A stretch of 64,000 nucleotides of DNA, taken from positions 49,788,001 to 49,852,000 of the forward strand of contig OZ076413.1 in the NCBI GenBank assembly GCA_964187785.1, written 5' to 3'. A program made the translations under genes and the position numbers. Below the pieces are notes generated by a model. The model did no database searches. It saw nothing but the letters and a program-made list of their open reading frames with translations, and was not told the DNA's origin. How positions within the stretch are numbered: position 1 is the first letter of the stretch; the number at the start of each line of letters is the position of its first letter. This document shows positions 47,637 to 60,363 of the stretch, in pieces. The DNA is from Amphiscolops sp. MND2022 (lineage: Eukaryota).

Positions 47637-47798
47637 CTTCGATTCCGGGGATCGCATGTCTGCCACCGAGGGTTTGTCTGTGGCCAGGGTAGTCCTCCGC
47701 ATGCTGGCCACCCCTGCTCCCACTCTGCTGCCTCTCCCCCTGCCGGCTGCTGGAGGGGGCATGTTGCGGTCTTTGCCCCTCTTCATCACATCTGCCAT
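47637..47798 (-). CDS. Probable first coding exon of an unidentified host gene (MADVMKRG...SPESK)
   Basis: GC-rich 54-codon stretch from ATCATGG to donor AAG|GTTAGT, phase 0. Confidence 0.6.
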
Positions 47799-47862
47799 GA
47801 TGAGTCAGCCTCACTTGCGCCTCTCCCTTTACAAGGTGGCACAAATATAAATAATAGTGATA

Positions 47863-48090
47863 TCCCAGTGTTCGAAGCCAAATTAAGAATAAATTATGCA
47901 CAATTAATACCAGCTTACATGTCTTACCATGGTTATCTTGTCAAGATCTTGCCATGATCTTGCCATGATCTTGGCAAGCGTTCCATGTATCATGATTAGC
48001 TATGATCTTGGCAAGGGTACCATGGTTAACCATGATTTAGCAAGATTAACCATGATCATGGCAAGCGTTCCATGGCTTCGAACACTGGGA
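47863..48090. mobile_element. TA-flanked (Tc1/mariner-type) MITE
   Basis: TA|TCCCAGTGTTCGAAGCCA ... TGGCTTCGAACACTGGGA|TA, perfect 18-bp TIR. Confidence 0.85.
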
Positions 48091-50891
48091 TATCATGCAA
48101 TATATATACATGTACATGTACATTCATGCACTATTGAAGACATGCTTGTCAGATAGTAAACTTGGAAACATTAACAAAAATCACATGAAAATGACAAGGT
48201 CTGAAGTTCAAACTTGGAGGTAGCCTTGTAGCTTTGCTTTGAATAAAACCAAACGCAGTGATAGTTGCCAATTCTCCATGCTCCGGCCGGCTTTTGTTTT
48301 TAAACAATTGTTTAATCATATCACTTTTTTATTATTTTTAAAATGCCAATAATTTTTGTTTGCAACTAGTTCTTGTTATATAAGAAATACCCGGAAATTG
48401 TTGACTTATACTCAAATAGTGAAGAGCTTTCTGTTCGAAACAGGACTAGTTGAAGGAGTGAAATTCGGTCTTATTGAATTCGATGCTTTTCTATCGTTCT
48501 CTAGTTTTAATGACATTGTGAAGTAATGTAACAGATTTTTAGTATTCAAAAACCTAACGAATTATTTCGCTCCAGCTGGTGGGCATTTGAAGTAATTAAA
48601 TTGAATCCATTGATTTTTGTGCAACCTTGTTTCCTCACGATTTATGCAACTAGCAGTGTAATTTGATAAACTTTTGGATTGTAATCCTATAGAAAAAGTT
48701 CGATAACAATAATGAATGAAAATTAAGTAATTAGTTTGCAAATCTCTGATCAAGTAGTTTTCAAAACACCAAGAAAAGAACTAAACGTGGTATGTACTTG
48801 AATTGCTGACCACGCTAGCCGTTCGCAAACTAAAATAGTTTGAACGCAAAATTAAACATTGTTACTACAATTTTGTCATAACATGAAACACTTTTGATGC
48901 AAGCCACGTAATTAAAGATATCAAAAATTCAAAAAACTTGGTAACTGTAGAAGCTCGGCCTAAAATTGATTATAAAAGTAACTTTGGCTCGCAGCCGAAA
49001 ACTTGGAATGTTTAGTTCATTTAAGGTGGTGTCACGTCAGCAGAATTGAAAGAACTTTCGTAGCTGAGTCTAAATTAAAGTGAAGACATGACACTAAAAG
49101 GATATATGACGGATGTGGATATTCGAAACCATCATTCGTTTGTGTCATACAGTCTTGAGTTTATTCAAGTTCGAAAGTACCAAAAATTGGAGAATTGAAA
49201 ATAAGACTGTGTGTAATTAGTTGTCAAAAATATTTCCAAAAGAGTATCCCAAGTCGAATATACATGCTGCAGGCCTGTATGGAGGCAAATTTTGTGGAAA
49301 ATTGAGACAGTTCAGACTGCGTGAAGGTGAAAATCTTGCACAACTTTGCTGCATCTTGAAAACCCCGTGGCTATAAAGTTACTATAACAGAAGTTTTGGA
49401 AGAAATCCTCGATTAGTTTCATTTTCCCTTTCGAATAACCTGTCTACTAGAGAATTTCGTCACAATTAATTCACTGTGCCATTAGAAAACGTTATAACTA
49501 CGAGTTTAGTCGGGAACAGCTACTCTATTTTTTCTCGAAAGTTTGTACAGGCTAGAGGGGTTATCTAAAATAGCAGCGATCTACGGAAATTGCGATGTAA
49601 ATTGCTAGTAAAAACGAAAATTGGTTTTGTTAGACGAGAAGGGAGGGAAGAAAAAAGCTGACAGTCTCGCTTCCGCTGGAATAGTGTTTCGAAAATTTTT
49701 CCATGCATTACACAACGGAATGATTTATTCCAAAACAGAGTTCTCTTCTAACATCTGAAGCAAAATATCAACGTTAAAAAAACTTCAATGACAACTTTGT
49801 TGAACTGAAGAACCATCTTTTTCTTACTTTCATCAAACATTTTGACGTCCGTGTCAAGACTTTGAAATCAGATATGACGAGGACAAGCTTGATATATGGA
49901 AGATTTTCGTAAGGTCGGCGACTGTGACAGAAAGGCCAGGATATTGTTATGAACCTCATTTTTGAAGACCTCGTTGGATGTTTAGGTTTCTTAGAATTTC
50001 CCTAAAGAATTGTCTAAACCTAAATGAAAATCGCAGCTCTGACAAAGTTTGAACGAGCCAGCTGTATTATTCAGAACAAACAAAAAACTAAACAAGGTGA
50101 ACAAGATTACATAATAGCGTAATACTAAGCTTGCATAAGAAGAAGTCAACACGGATTCCTTCCTCCAAGATGGAGTCCACATGTAAAGCTGTGTGATCAT
50201 CAGTTCACACTAGCTTACAATGCGATTTTATTGAATACAAAGAACTTTTAACAGGAAAGTTTTTGAAGGAAAGTTCAAAAGGTTTAAGGTTTTCGGTTTG
50301 TCGGCAGCAGCTGTGATTCTGTCCTGTATCTGCGGGTTCCACTATCGTTACCCTTTTAGTTTTTGAAGTTCTGCAGCTTGGACAGAACCATGTTGTTATG
50401 AATGATTTCTGAGTGATACGCAGTCATGATGATAACATACAATATTGCAGTTGTTGTTGCAACGTTTGATCAATTCCCTGTTGTATGGTTGTTGACAATA
50501 GCAAAAAACTTCTGTGAGTACCATGGGTGACTGCAGGGAAGAGGTTTATTCTTTTCGCGATCAAATGATATTGTGTATGGTTTGAGGCGTTGATTGCTGA
50601 CGATGAAATGATCGTTGCTTTTCTCGATTGTTGCTGTAGATGAATCTTTGTTGATTTTGATTAACCCAAGGGTTGCTTTACTCGGTCCACTCGCGACCAA
50701 ACGAATTTACAGTTGTTGAGCGCACGTTGGATGAAGGTCTTTTGTGTTGAATGTTGTCTGATATCTTGTGTGAAAGCTAGCTGTTCGAGATTGTCCTGAA
50801 GTGTTTTGACGAATGCGAGAGTGATCGGTGCTGTCTTTTCTGCATCTGTTGTGGCGTATAGTACACCTAGTCTTGTTGTGGCTGCTAGCGG

Positions 50892-51533
50892 TTAAATGAG
50901 ACTGCTGTCCGGTTTTAACCTCAATGCGAAAAGAACTACGGGGAGCGCTGCTATCCAGTCGGTCTTTGAACACATGAACGCTGCTTTCAGGGTTCGATGA
51001 AGACGTTCGACTTTTCCATTGCTCTTTGGGTGATATGAAGTTGTACTAAGTCTGCAAAATCCTAGAGTTTGAGCAAGTTGACCAAATAATTGACTTTCAA
51101 ATTGGGTTCCATGATCAGTCGTGATGTACAATGGTACTACAAAACGAGAAATCCAGGACCTAAGAAAAGAGATACAAACTTCTTCGGCAGTAATGGAATG
51201 TACTGGGTGGGCTTCAATCCAGTTTGTGCTGCGGTCGATGAAGGTAACGAGGTATCGGAATGGCGAAATGTTGATGGCAGGTAATGGTCCTATCCAAATA
51301 TCTATGTGAACGTGGGTAAAACGGGCGACGGCTTCATTGACTTGGCTAGTTGGAGGATGTACATGGCGAATGATTTTCATCTGTTTGCAAATGAGGCAGT
51401 TGTGGCACCATCCTTTGATAGTACGTTGGGCATTGAGCCACGTAAAGCGTGCGAGGATCAAACGTAATGTTGATTCACAGTTGCTAAGGCTAAGTTTTTT
51501 TTGTGAAATTGGGTGAAGACTGTATAGCGGCAT
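50892..51533 (-). pseudogene. Retrotransposon integrase (HHCC zinc-binding region and rve core)
   Basis: LHP...CHNCLICKQ, HVHID, ITTDHGTQFES, YHPKSNGKVERLHRTLK. Confidence 0.9.
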
Positions 51534-51725
51534 TGATTAGGTGGAATAGGGGCGGAGGAATGCTTCTATCACAAGTGAGAGTCGTGGTTCCAATGCTGAT
51601 CATCTGTGTTCCATGTTGGCATTCTTCTGACATCAACTGTTGAAATGACGTTCGGTTGAAGTCGTTGTTTTTGGTGTGGCGCAATCGGTGTTGACGAGCG
51701 TTGATTTGATGATTGATACCAATGG

Positions 51726-52622
51726 TCAATTAGTGTCGGCGATAAAACTAGTCTTCTGTGAGTCGATTTTTTTGGCAAAGCTGTTGCATATGGGATCCCC
51801 AATCGTTGCCGCGTGCGATGGGTAATTCTGAGTGTGTGGGCTTTCAATGTGTGTGGGCTTGGGTCCAGGCCACATACACCAGGGCTCAAACCGTTCGAAG
51901 GCGTTAGCGAAAAACAGATAAAATGGGCAAATCTTGGGTCGTTGTTCCGGTGAGAATGGCTGCATACTGTTGTCGGTTGAGTTGTTTCTTTGCTTTCTCT
52001 GCAGCTGGCGTGCATACGAGGAAGACGATGATTGCTGTGTAGTGTAAACGTGCGAGTTTTCCTGGAACGTATCCTTGGAGTAACTGTATATGATGTCGGC
52101 TAGTTTGACGAATTTGTCGGGTGGCAGATCCAAATTTGCGGAAAGTGAGGAACGCGGTGAGATTGGCATAGCTTTCATAAGACATTGTTTGATTACATCG
52201 TTGTTCATTGTCAGGTGACATTCGAAAAGCTTGCAGTTGGTGCGCAAGAGGCAAACGCAGGGCTTTTGTCCATCCACTGGAATCGATCCTAATGCTTCTT
52301 CAATGAGTTCTGTTTTTGACTTCTGGGAGACTTGAGTGATGCTGTCCTTGCGGCTGCTGTAATCTTCAATTTCCATGGGCAGGTTGATTGCCACGACGTC
52401 TGGGTTTGCTGCGAGGATGTGGTTATATTTGGTGGTGTCGTTGGTAATTCCAGCTGAGACAAACTGGGATCCCATTTGTCGAAACCAAACAGTTGGCTCT
52501 GTGCGGTAGAATGGAGGTGGCTTCATGGTGACTCGGTTGACAGGCGCATGGTGTAGTTCTGGGTGAGATGATGTTGAAGTTGTAGTGGTGTCTCCAAATC
52601 TAAATTTGATGGTGTTGTGCAT
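51726..52622 (-). CDS. gag: Gypsy Gag-like protein running into a degenerate aspartic protease start
   Basis: PPFYRTEPTVWFRQM.SQF...GITNDTTKY, C-terminal ICPFY..F...A..F..WC.WP, then FIADT. Confidence 0.75.
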   Translation of the reverse strand: MHNTIKFRFGDTTTTSTSSHPELHHAPVNRVTMKPPPFYRTEPTVWFRQMGSQFVSAGITNDTTKYNHILAANPDVVAINLPMEIEDYSSRKDSITQVSQKSKTELIEEALGSIPVDGQKPCVCLLRTNCKLFECHLTMNNDVIKQCLMKAMPISPRSSLSANLDLPPDKFVKLADIIYSYSKDTFQENSHVYTTQQSSSSSYARQLQRKQRNNSTDNSMQPFSPEQRPKICPFYLFFANAFERFEPWCMWPGPKPTHIESPHTQNYPSHAATIGDPICNSFAKKIDSQKTSFIADTN

Positions 52623-52883
52623 TGTGGTGGTATGGATATTTGGCTATGGATGTTATTTCTGGCGAATATTTGGTTTTATTTGTACGATATTCTGGTATCG
52701 ATATCCAGGTTTCGTTGCTGTCTCGTTTTCTTTTTGTTGGGTTATTTTTTTTCTGGGGGCTCCTTTTTTCGTTCCTTTTCATACACGTTTTTTTAAAATT
52801 TACAGGAAGGAGAAAAGGAAAGAGGTTTACGAGACAATGATTTAAAATTTGAAGAAAGTAATTTTTTCGGGTGAGTGTTTTGA

Positions 52884-52901
52884 ATCACGTCGGGGTCACC
52901 A
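52884..52901 (-). promoter_or_regulatory. Primer-binding site complementary to tRNA-Trp
   Basis: The minus strand reads TGGTGACCCCGACGTGAT directly after the 5' LTR. Confidence 0.9.
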
Positions 52902-54096
52902 TTTTAGGTTTCTTAGATTTTCCCTATAGAATTGTCTAACCGTCAATGAAAATTGCAGCTGTGACAAAGTTTAAATGAGGCAGTTGTATTATTCAGATCA
53001 AACAAAAAACTAAACAAGCTGAACAAGATTACATAATAGCGTAATACTAAGCTTGCGTAAGAAAACGTCAACAGATATTACTATGACGATACTATGACGA
53101 GTGATCTCGAAGTTTTGCTTGAGTGCGTGAAAGTGCGATCGGATTTCAGTGCGTAAGAACCGAACGAACGTTGCGCAAAACTACTCTTCAAAACAACGAA
53201 AGTGCGGTACAAAGTGCGTTAAAAACACAAGCTTCTGGAACATTCTATTCGTCAAATTATTCTAATGTGTCGAAGACATGTGAAGTAAACAAGCTTGTGC
53301 TAGTGGTTTATTTTGCAGTGTTGCGAGAAAATTAACATTGATTTTGACCATTCAGCAACTCCCATATCACAGTTTGGTTAAAAACAGGGTAAAAGCAAAA
53401 AAAATGAAAGCTGTTCAAAGTTTCACCTATAATTCGAGTAGCCTCTTCATGACGAACTTTCGAATAAAAAAACAAGCCGGGAACGGCAAAAATTGACACC
53501 CCGCTTGTAACAGGCTCAAAAACAGCAATGTATTTCAAAGCATCAAATATTATCTTTCACAGTACCAAAAAAATCGAAGGGGTGACTCATGTGGACCCAC
53601 AGTTGGAACCAAGCAGTGATTAAATGTTGCCAGGCCGGGCCGGGCTTCTAGTCGGGCTTTTCCGAGCTTAAATTGTTTCGGGCCGGGTATAACAATTCGT
53701 AAAATAAATAAAAAAATATACATTAAACTGGGCTATATAATTTCCGCAATTGATTCCTTTTATTGCGGAAACTCTTTTGGAACATGATCCTTCAAATGTT
53801 CAACAGTGAGTGAGCGTTTCTTCGAGGTTGTCACATCGCCCATAATTGAGAGACCTCAATCGATGTCAGCAGAAGTCATCGGCGAATTCTCGTGGATGGT
53901 GCCCACAAAACACCCATGTGACGTATTTTCACCAATAGTCAACGCCCTAACCAAACCCGAGCCGCTAATCTTACGTCGATTTGGTGCATAATATCCAACG
54001 TAATAATCCAACGACTATTTTTTGAGAAATTCGAACCGCGCGGTCTAGTTAATTTTGATTGGATTTCGATATACAGCCTTCACTACTATTAGCGCC

Positions 54097-54558
54097 CAGA
54101 GGTGTAAAAATTTATATTGTATTGCAATATATTGCAACTAAATACAATTAATATATTTATGTAGTTGGAGCAAACATACAATACATTCATTGAAATAAGG
54201 CAAATATTGTCAGAGCTCTACAATATATTGCGCAAAAAAAATTATTGCAGAATAGAAATAAGATTTCACTTATTATGCATTTTAAACGGACTAGAAGTGA
54301 AAGACCATCGAGGGAGAAATTCACTAAGCTGTTCGCTAATTTCGAGAGTGTAGTCTTTCTTTATACAAATAAACAACATTGGGATGTTTGCCTTGTAAAT
54401 GAATGTTTCTCTGCCCAATAAAATATTTCACAATCTATTGTTTTTCTAAAAAATTGCAGGACAATAAATACAATATATTTATTGCTGAAATTGAATCAAA
54501 CAATATATTTATTTTTTTTTTGAAAAAATATATTTAAATACAAAATTTCACACCCCTG
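54097..54558. mobile_element. hAT-type MITE
   Basis: Ends CAGAGGTGT / ACACCCCTG; perfect 8-bp TSD TTAGCGCC. Confidence 0.88.
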
Positions 54559-55175
54559 TTAGCGCCTGCTCGTTTTCAATCCTGCTGTTATAAATATTCC
54601 ACACGCACCTACATTATGTTATTCCTGTTGTAGTTAACTACGGTATCAGCCAATCAAATTTCAGATTTTTGGGCGGGCTGGAACGAAAGCATACTCCTCA
54701 GAGTACACATGCACATATTGCATTCACCGGGAATCGCCACACTTGCAAGAGATACACTTAATTTAATATGAAAAACGGATTAAATATGCCGAAAGTGCGC
54801 AAAAATCAAAAAGGTTCGAAAAACTATAAAAAGTGCGTTAAAAAGCGCGTCCGTGCGTGATGCACCAAAAGCTGGGCTCCAAGATTTTGAGGTGATCTGC
54901 CATTTAACAAAACGATATTCATGATCAACAAAATGATCTGAATACCGTGAAATTTTTGAGCTGGATCAGTTGAAATCAAAGTATTCCCACGTTTTTGACA
55001 CGATCACTGAATTCAATCACTTCGCAACGTCCCGATATATTTTGCGACCTCTCAGTAAATAAGCATGTTCGGAGAAATCGATAGTTCCTGTATGCAATCA
55101 TTCAATTTGATTGGCAAGAAATATAGTCTTCATTGAAAGGATGAGAAGTGGTTGTGAAAACCCAACTTTTTTCAG

Positions 55176-55477
55176 ACAAGTACAGCAAGTCAAGGCTAAC
55201 AGATGCAAGTGGGTCAAGATACCTTGAGTCAAAGCTCTTCTCAACCAGCCAGCTGAGCATGATCAACAAAGACTGGGAGAAGCAGATGAGTAACGAAACA
55301 GGCACTAAACAACACCCGGGAGACCCTTCTGATGGACATGAGGTCAATATATATGACTCAGATGGTGGCCACTCCACCAGGAGGTCAAGCAAGGGCAAGA
55401 AGAAACGGAAAAGTAGCCCAAAGAATAAATTCTCGGGCACTGAAATGATTGTGGTCCAAGCTCAAGATGATGTTTGA
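55176..55477 (+). CDS. Probable terminal coding exon of an unidentified host gene
   Basis: Acceptor CTTTTTTCAG, about 100 open codons with a basic cluster (KGKKKRK), then TGA. No upstream exons were identified. Confidence 0.5.
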
Positions 55478-55926
55478 GGAAATTGCGTTATAATGACTAA
55501 CTGGTTCAAATTAATACTACAGGTGAATTTCACAAGTCAAATTGAGATGTGCTAGGTTTAAACACTGATATATATACTTCAGATGCTTCAGGGTGCTTCG
55601 CATATCATTATTTTCTCGAGGAAAATAGAAATGGAATATAATTTATTATGATTCGTCGCAGAAAATTAACATTGATTTTGACCATTCAGCAATTCCCATA
55701 TCACGGTTTGGTTAGAAACAGGGTAAAAGCAAAAAAGCTGTTCAAAATTTCACATGTGATTCAAGTAGCCTCTTCTTGACGAACTTTCGAATAAAAATAA
55801 CAAGGCGGGAACGGCAAAAGTCGACACCCCGCTTGTAACAGGCTCAAAAACAGCAATGTATTTCAGAGCATCAAATATTATCTTTCACAGTACCCAAAAA
55901 ATTCGAAGGGGTGACCCATTTGGGCC

Positions 55927-56419
55927 CACAGTTGGAACCAAGCACGTGATTAAATGTTGCCAGGCCGAGCCGGGCTTCTAGTCGGGCTTTTTCGAGCTTA
56001 AATTGTTTCGGGCCGGGTAGAACAATTCGTAAAATAAATCAAAAAATTATACATTAAACTGGTCTATATAATTTCCGCAATTGATTCCTTTTATTTGCTC
56101 GCTGTAGATTCAGATACACAGTAATTAGGTATACAAAACTCAATAAACAATTACAAAGGCAATTACAAAATAGGCCAGATCATTAACCAAATAAATAAAC
56201 TGTTTGGTTCCGAATTTTTGAATTCTGTTGTAAAAAATAGGATTTTTCAATTCTCATGATGCTTATACCTGAATATCATTTACAATTCACTTTCGGGTTT
56301 CAAATTCATTTTCGGTCGGTTTCGTCGGATATTTAAAATGTTCAAAAATATCGGGTCGTGCTATTATTTTTAAAACAGGCTCGGGTCGGGTAGAAAATCA
56401 TGACCCGGTTCCAACTCTG
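55927..56419. mobile_element. hAT-type MITE, degenerate
   Basis: CACAGTTGGAACC / GGTTCCAACTCTG; flanks TTTGGGCC versus ATTGAGCC (6 of 8 match). Confidence 0.55.
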
Positions 56420-57002
56420 ATTGAGCCTTAAGCTCAGGTTAAAATTTATTTCGGATATAACCTCATTAAATCCGATAAAGCGTGTTGGGCGAAAAACTGG
56501 AGCTTTTTTCGAACCTCCGATTCCTTTTTCGTAAAACGCAAGCAAAAAAGCCAAAATTGGAATAAGACGGAAACATAAGGTCAAAAAGTGCAAAATTTTA
56601 AAAATATGTTCAGGGCATTTTTATGCCGAACCCAGAAAAACTGAGATACCCTAATGGTGCGTTTCGTGCTCGGAAAACGTTTCAAAAGTATGGATAAAGC
56701 GTCCTGTGCCACATGGAAACGCTTTTTCTGCACACCGGTCTCCTTAGTAAAACACAATCTACTTCGATATAACGTCAAATATTTGGATATAGAAGGGTTG
56801 TTAATTATGCAGTTTTAAAACGAAAAGTGCTTTAAACATGTTTTCCGAAATATATTGTTTTTTGTAATTTACTAGTTTTTTCCGCATTTTGCCTAAATGT
56901 TCCTCCTATTAAAAAAATATATTTCTGCAGAGTGCTTTTTTGTTTTATTGCAAAATATTTTATTGTAGTACAAAGGTAAAAGAAAAAATATAAAGAATGA
57001 AA

Positions 57003-57512
57003 TTATTTGTTCAGTTCTCTGTAAAGAAATGCCAGCTGTCCAGCCATTTCCGCCCTCCAGTTGAGCTCGAAGACTCCCATATGTAGAGCCAAGAGTCGAA
57101 AACTGTCTCTCCAAGCCTGCCGCACTCCCGACAGCACTCACCAACGGAGCCGCATAACTGACCGAAACACCGGAAACGCCTAATTGAGCACCATTTTTCC
57201 AACAGGAAATAGCAGAAACAGACGTATATGCATCTCCAAACATGCATTTTTCAATACACCTTTTTGAGCAATGTACGTCATAACATGTGGCGCTGCTCTC
57301 ATGTGGCGTCATAACATGTGGCGTCATAACATGTGGTATCTTTGATAAAGTCCATTCCTGTTTACCTTTCGGATGTTGTCAAATCACGGCCCATGTACCA
57401 ACGATCCAAGATGTTTGCTGCCAAAACGGATGGAGAAATGGCGTCGTTCATTCGCTTAACAACAGCTTCTTTGTAATCACCTGTTGACTTTTCTTGTAAA
57501 GTTATCCATATT
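57003..57512 (-). pseudogene. hAT transposase C-terminal (dimerisation domain) remnant
   Basis: KRMNDAISPSVLAANILD..YMG, SAAGLERQFSTLG..YGSLRAQL, then a frameshift to AEMAGQLAFLYRELNK*. Confidence 0.75.
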
Positions 57513-57612
57513 TTGACAGTCACTAACGGTAGGATTTAGACTAGTTAGCCATACCTAGTAATATGAAGGTTGATTTCGCGCTGCTTGTTACCGCCAGAAA
57601 GAAAACGCAAAA

Positions 57613-58184
57613 AACCAGAGCCGCATATGCGGTAAAGGAGTCAACTTAGGTTTTTTCCTTCTGACTCGCTCCAATCCGTTATACGAATTTATTGAAATTG
57701 CACACATAGACCATGCTATGGTGTAGAAAATGACTGTAGAAATTTTCGTTCGAATCGTATGGACAGTTTATGCAAAAATCAAAAAAGTCGAAATTGGGTT
57801 TTTTGGCCATTTTTGGGTTAAGTTTGGCTAGGTTTCTCACATCCCAGCAAAACGAATTTGATGAAATTACACATAATGGACCATAATATAGTTTAGAATG
57901 ACTGTGAAAAATTTCGTTCGAAACGTAGGGACAGTGTTTGAGAAAATTGAAAAATGACTGTTTTTTGGCCATTTTTGGGCTAATTTCGGCTGTTTCTCAC
58001 CTTCCAGTCATACGATTTTGATGCCTTTGAGCACACAGGGGCTCCTTTGGTGTAGAATGACTGAGCAAAATTTTACGAAAATCGTATGGACAGTTTTTGA
58101 GAAATTTGAAATTTTCATGAAAAGGTCGGGAGAAAAAAAACACGATTGCATAAGTAGTCGAAAATTTTTTCCGACTCCTAAAAA
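57613..58184 (-). mobile_element. Helentron-like element, family 2
   Basis: Reverse-complement homolog of 5364-5786, with hairpin CCGCATATGCGG. Confidence 0.65.
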
Positions 58185-58862
58185 TTGCTTGTTTTGCCGA
58201 TGATGCCCCGGAGATGACTTTTCCAACGTTCGTTTTTTCATACATCCTTCATACGACTTACTAGCCCAACCATTCTAGTTTTGCATTGAAAACATTCCAC
58301 ACTAGTACTGCCGTTAGCAAGTGTTACTTCATTGAATTTTCTCCAATTATCATCCTTTACACGGGTCATTTTTATCTGAAAAAAAGCAAAAGGTACTTAG
58401 AATTACATAAAATTAAAAATCTTTACAACAGAAAAGTGGTTTAGCACTAAAGGAAAAAAACATTTGAAAGAACAATGTCTCTCTAAAAATGTTTTTTAAT
58501 GCTTTTTTTCGTTCTGTTTTATTCATGAATAAAACAACTCGACAACCTTGGGGTATAGCGCAATATTTTTGAACTTTTGCCTCCTCCTTCGTAAAACGCA
58601 ATATATTTCGGATATAACGTCGAAAATTTGGATATAGCACAGTACTAAAAACAGGCAAGAACAAATTTTACAGATCTGGAACTATGTTTAAGGAAAAAAG
58701 TTTTGTCCCTGGCTGAGTAAGTCCAATTGCTTCCAAACGTTTCAAAAACTGAAAGTTAGAAATTTGCTCATAGATACAGTGCCTGGTTATCAACAAAGCT
58801 TGAACTTCAGTTGCTGTGAAACATTTCTGAGCATCACAAGCAGTAGTTCAAAATGAAGGTGC

Positions 58863-59244
58863 TGTTACGACTATTTATCGGGGTGATTTTTCGATTAGTC
58901 GCAGTGGTTTTATTTTTGATTGGTGTCGAAGTTGCATTTTCCGGGATATTTTCGAATTCGGAATCTGTTTCTTCAGTAGTAGCTATGACAGTTTGTTTTT
59001 TAACAGGAGCAGCTACTAGTTTTAGCATCTCCTTTTGATTTTCAGCTAAAATTTTAGTAAGATCAGACATGATCTCTTTTCTCAGTGAAGACTTGATTTC
59101 CTCTAGATTTTCAGTGACTACTCTAGGAGATTTACTCGTCCCCGCTACGGGATTTAAGTTTTGGTTAGTCTCAGGTATTGGGGTCTCCATTTCAGTAGAA
59201 ACTAGTTCTTCAATAGCTTTTCTCTTCTGGCTTCTAGTAGTCAT
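58863..59244 (-). CDS. Gag-like N-terminal ORF inside the putative LTR, cut at the LTR edge
   Basis: MTTRSQKRK start typical of Gypsy gag, with a coiled coil. The ORF crosses the CA terminus (PINSRN) and stops shortly afterwards in flanking DNA. Confidence 0.55.
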
Positions 59245-60363
59245 TTTTAGACAGAGCGAGAGAGTGATTGTTCTTTGGAAAATTTGAATTCTTCAAAGAA
59301 ATATGGTTTTCAAAACGAAGTATTAACGGAGTAGATTAGGAAACAGATTAACTTATTTTACAAATCCCTAGGTATATATACTTTCACAGCATCATTTGTT
59401 CCTCACCTAAAAATTCCTAGGAATCCTTAAAATCGGTTTTGTTCAACAAAAATGCTTAATCATCTTTATTATTTCAACCCTTTTATTAATTGTTCATGAT
59501 TTAAAATTCCTAGTCACGGATCCCTTACGGAGTACTTGTTGAAATCATTTTTGTTCATTAACATCATTTCCGGTTTGATCGCGGAAAAAGGCGGCAAAAC
59601 AAATGTCTAGTTGAAACTTTATCGCGGAAAGCACGCGGGCATGAACGATGATTCACTTTACGAGCGGTAAACTTTCAGCTTGCGATAAAAGAAATGACAA
59701 GCGAAATTTGTTACGGAAATATCTCGGGCGAATTTTGGATTGATAAACTGAGATATTTGAGAAGGAACAAATGATGCTGGAAAAGTGATGAATACGAACT
59801 AAAAACCCTGATTATTGTAAATCAGAAAACAACCAACAATAATCTATCTAACTTTACATGAATTGAGTTAGTTAACACTGACAAATGCAACAATTAAATA
59901 GCATATGCACGAAAGCAACGTTTCTACAACGTGATTAATACACAAAATATTCTTCTACAGAATAGGAGGAAGCACCCTTTTGTAAGGATTCACTTTTATC
60001 CTAATTAACAGCACGAACTTTTTAATCGATCACTAAAACGGAGAAAATCCGGGTGGAAAAAGTAAAACCTTATGATAATTTAAATATCTCGGAATAATTC
60101 TACATGACCTCAGGAACATCCTAATGTATTTGGATAGCTTCTGTGTTTTAGAATTTTCCACGCTTGTCTTACATGTATTAACATTAGGTATAACTTCACC
60201 TATTACAATTCACTCCGTAAACGCTCCGTAAATGCTCCCTACGTATTAAGATTAGGTATAGCTTCTTCGCATTACAATTTGCTCCGTAAGCGCTCCGTAC
60301 GTATTAAGATTAGGTATAGTTGAGCAGTGCTTGCTTGCGGAGACAGAGCGGACAGCGTTAACA
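58863..60363 (-). mobile_element. Putative 1.5-kb 3' LTR of a large LTR retrotransposon that extends rightward
   Basis: Minus strand TGTTAACG...CGTAACA, preceded by a purine tract GAGAGAATAAGAATGAATT (PPT-like, 60364-60382). Internal short tandem repeats at 60180-60320. Confidence 0.6.

Larger units (their letters stand above)
49979..53073 (-). mobile_element. Degenerate Gypsy-type LTR retrotransposon lacking RT and RNase H
   Basis: About 173-bp LTRs (49979-50151 and 52902-53073), tRNA-Trp PBS, PPT GGAGGAAGGAA next to 50152, gag and integrase ORFs. No TSD is evident. Confidence 0.9.
53326..56095. repeat. About 435-bp direct repeats (53326-53764 and 55660-56095) made of nested TE ends
   Basis: AGAAAATTAACATTGATTTTGACC ... 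TTGATTCCTTTTATT is present twice with scattered differences. Confidence 0.85.

Noticed and set aside
50892..51533. This integrase as the Polinton's missing integrase
   Set aside because: It lies 20 kb away inside its own LTR element and is Gypsy-type, acting on TG...CA ends rather than AGT ends.
53326..56095. Direct repeats as LTRs of a retroelement
   Set aside because: There are no TG...CA ends, PBS, PPT or internal retro genes; the repeats consist of nested DNA-TE fragments.
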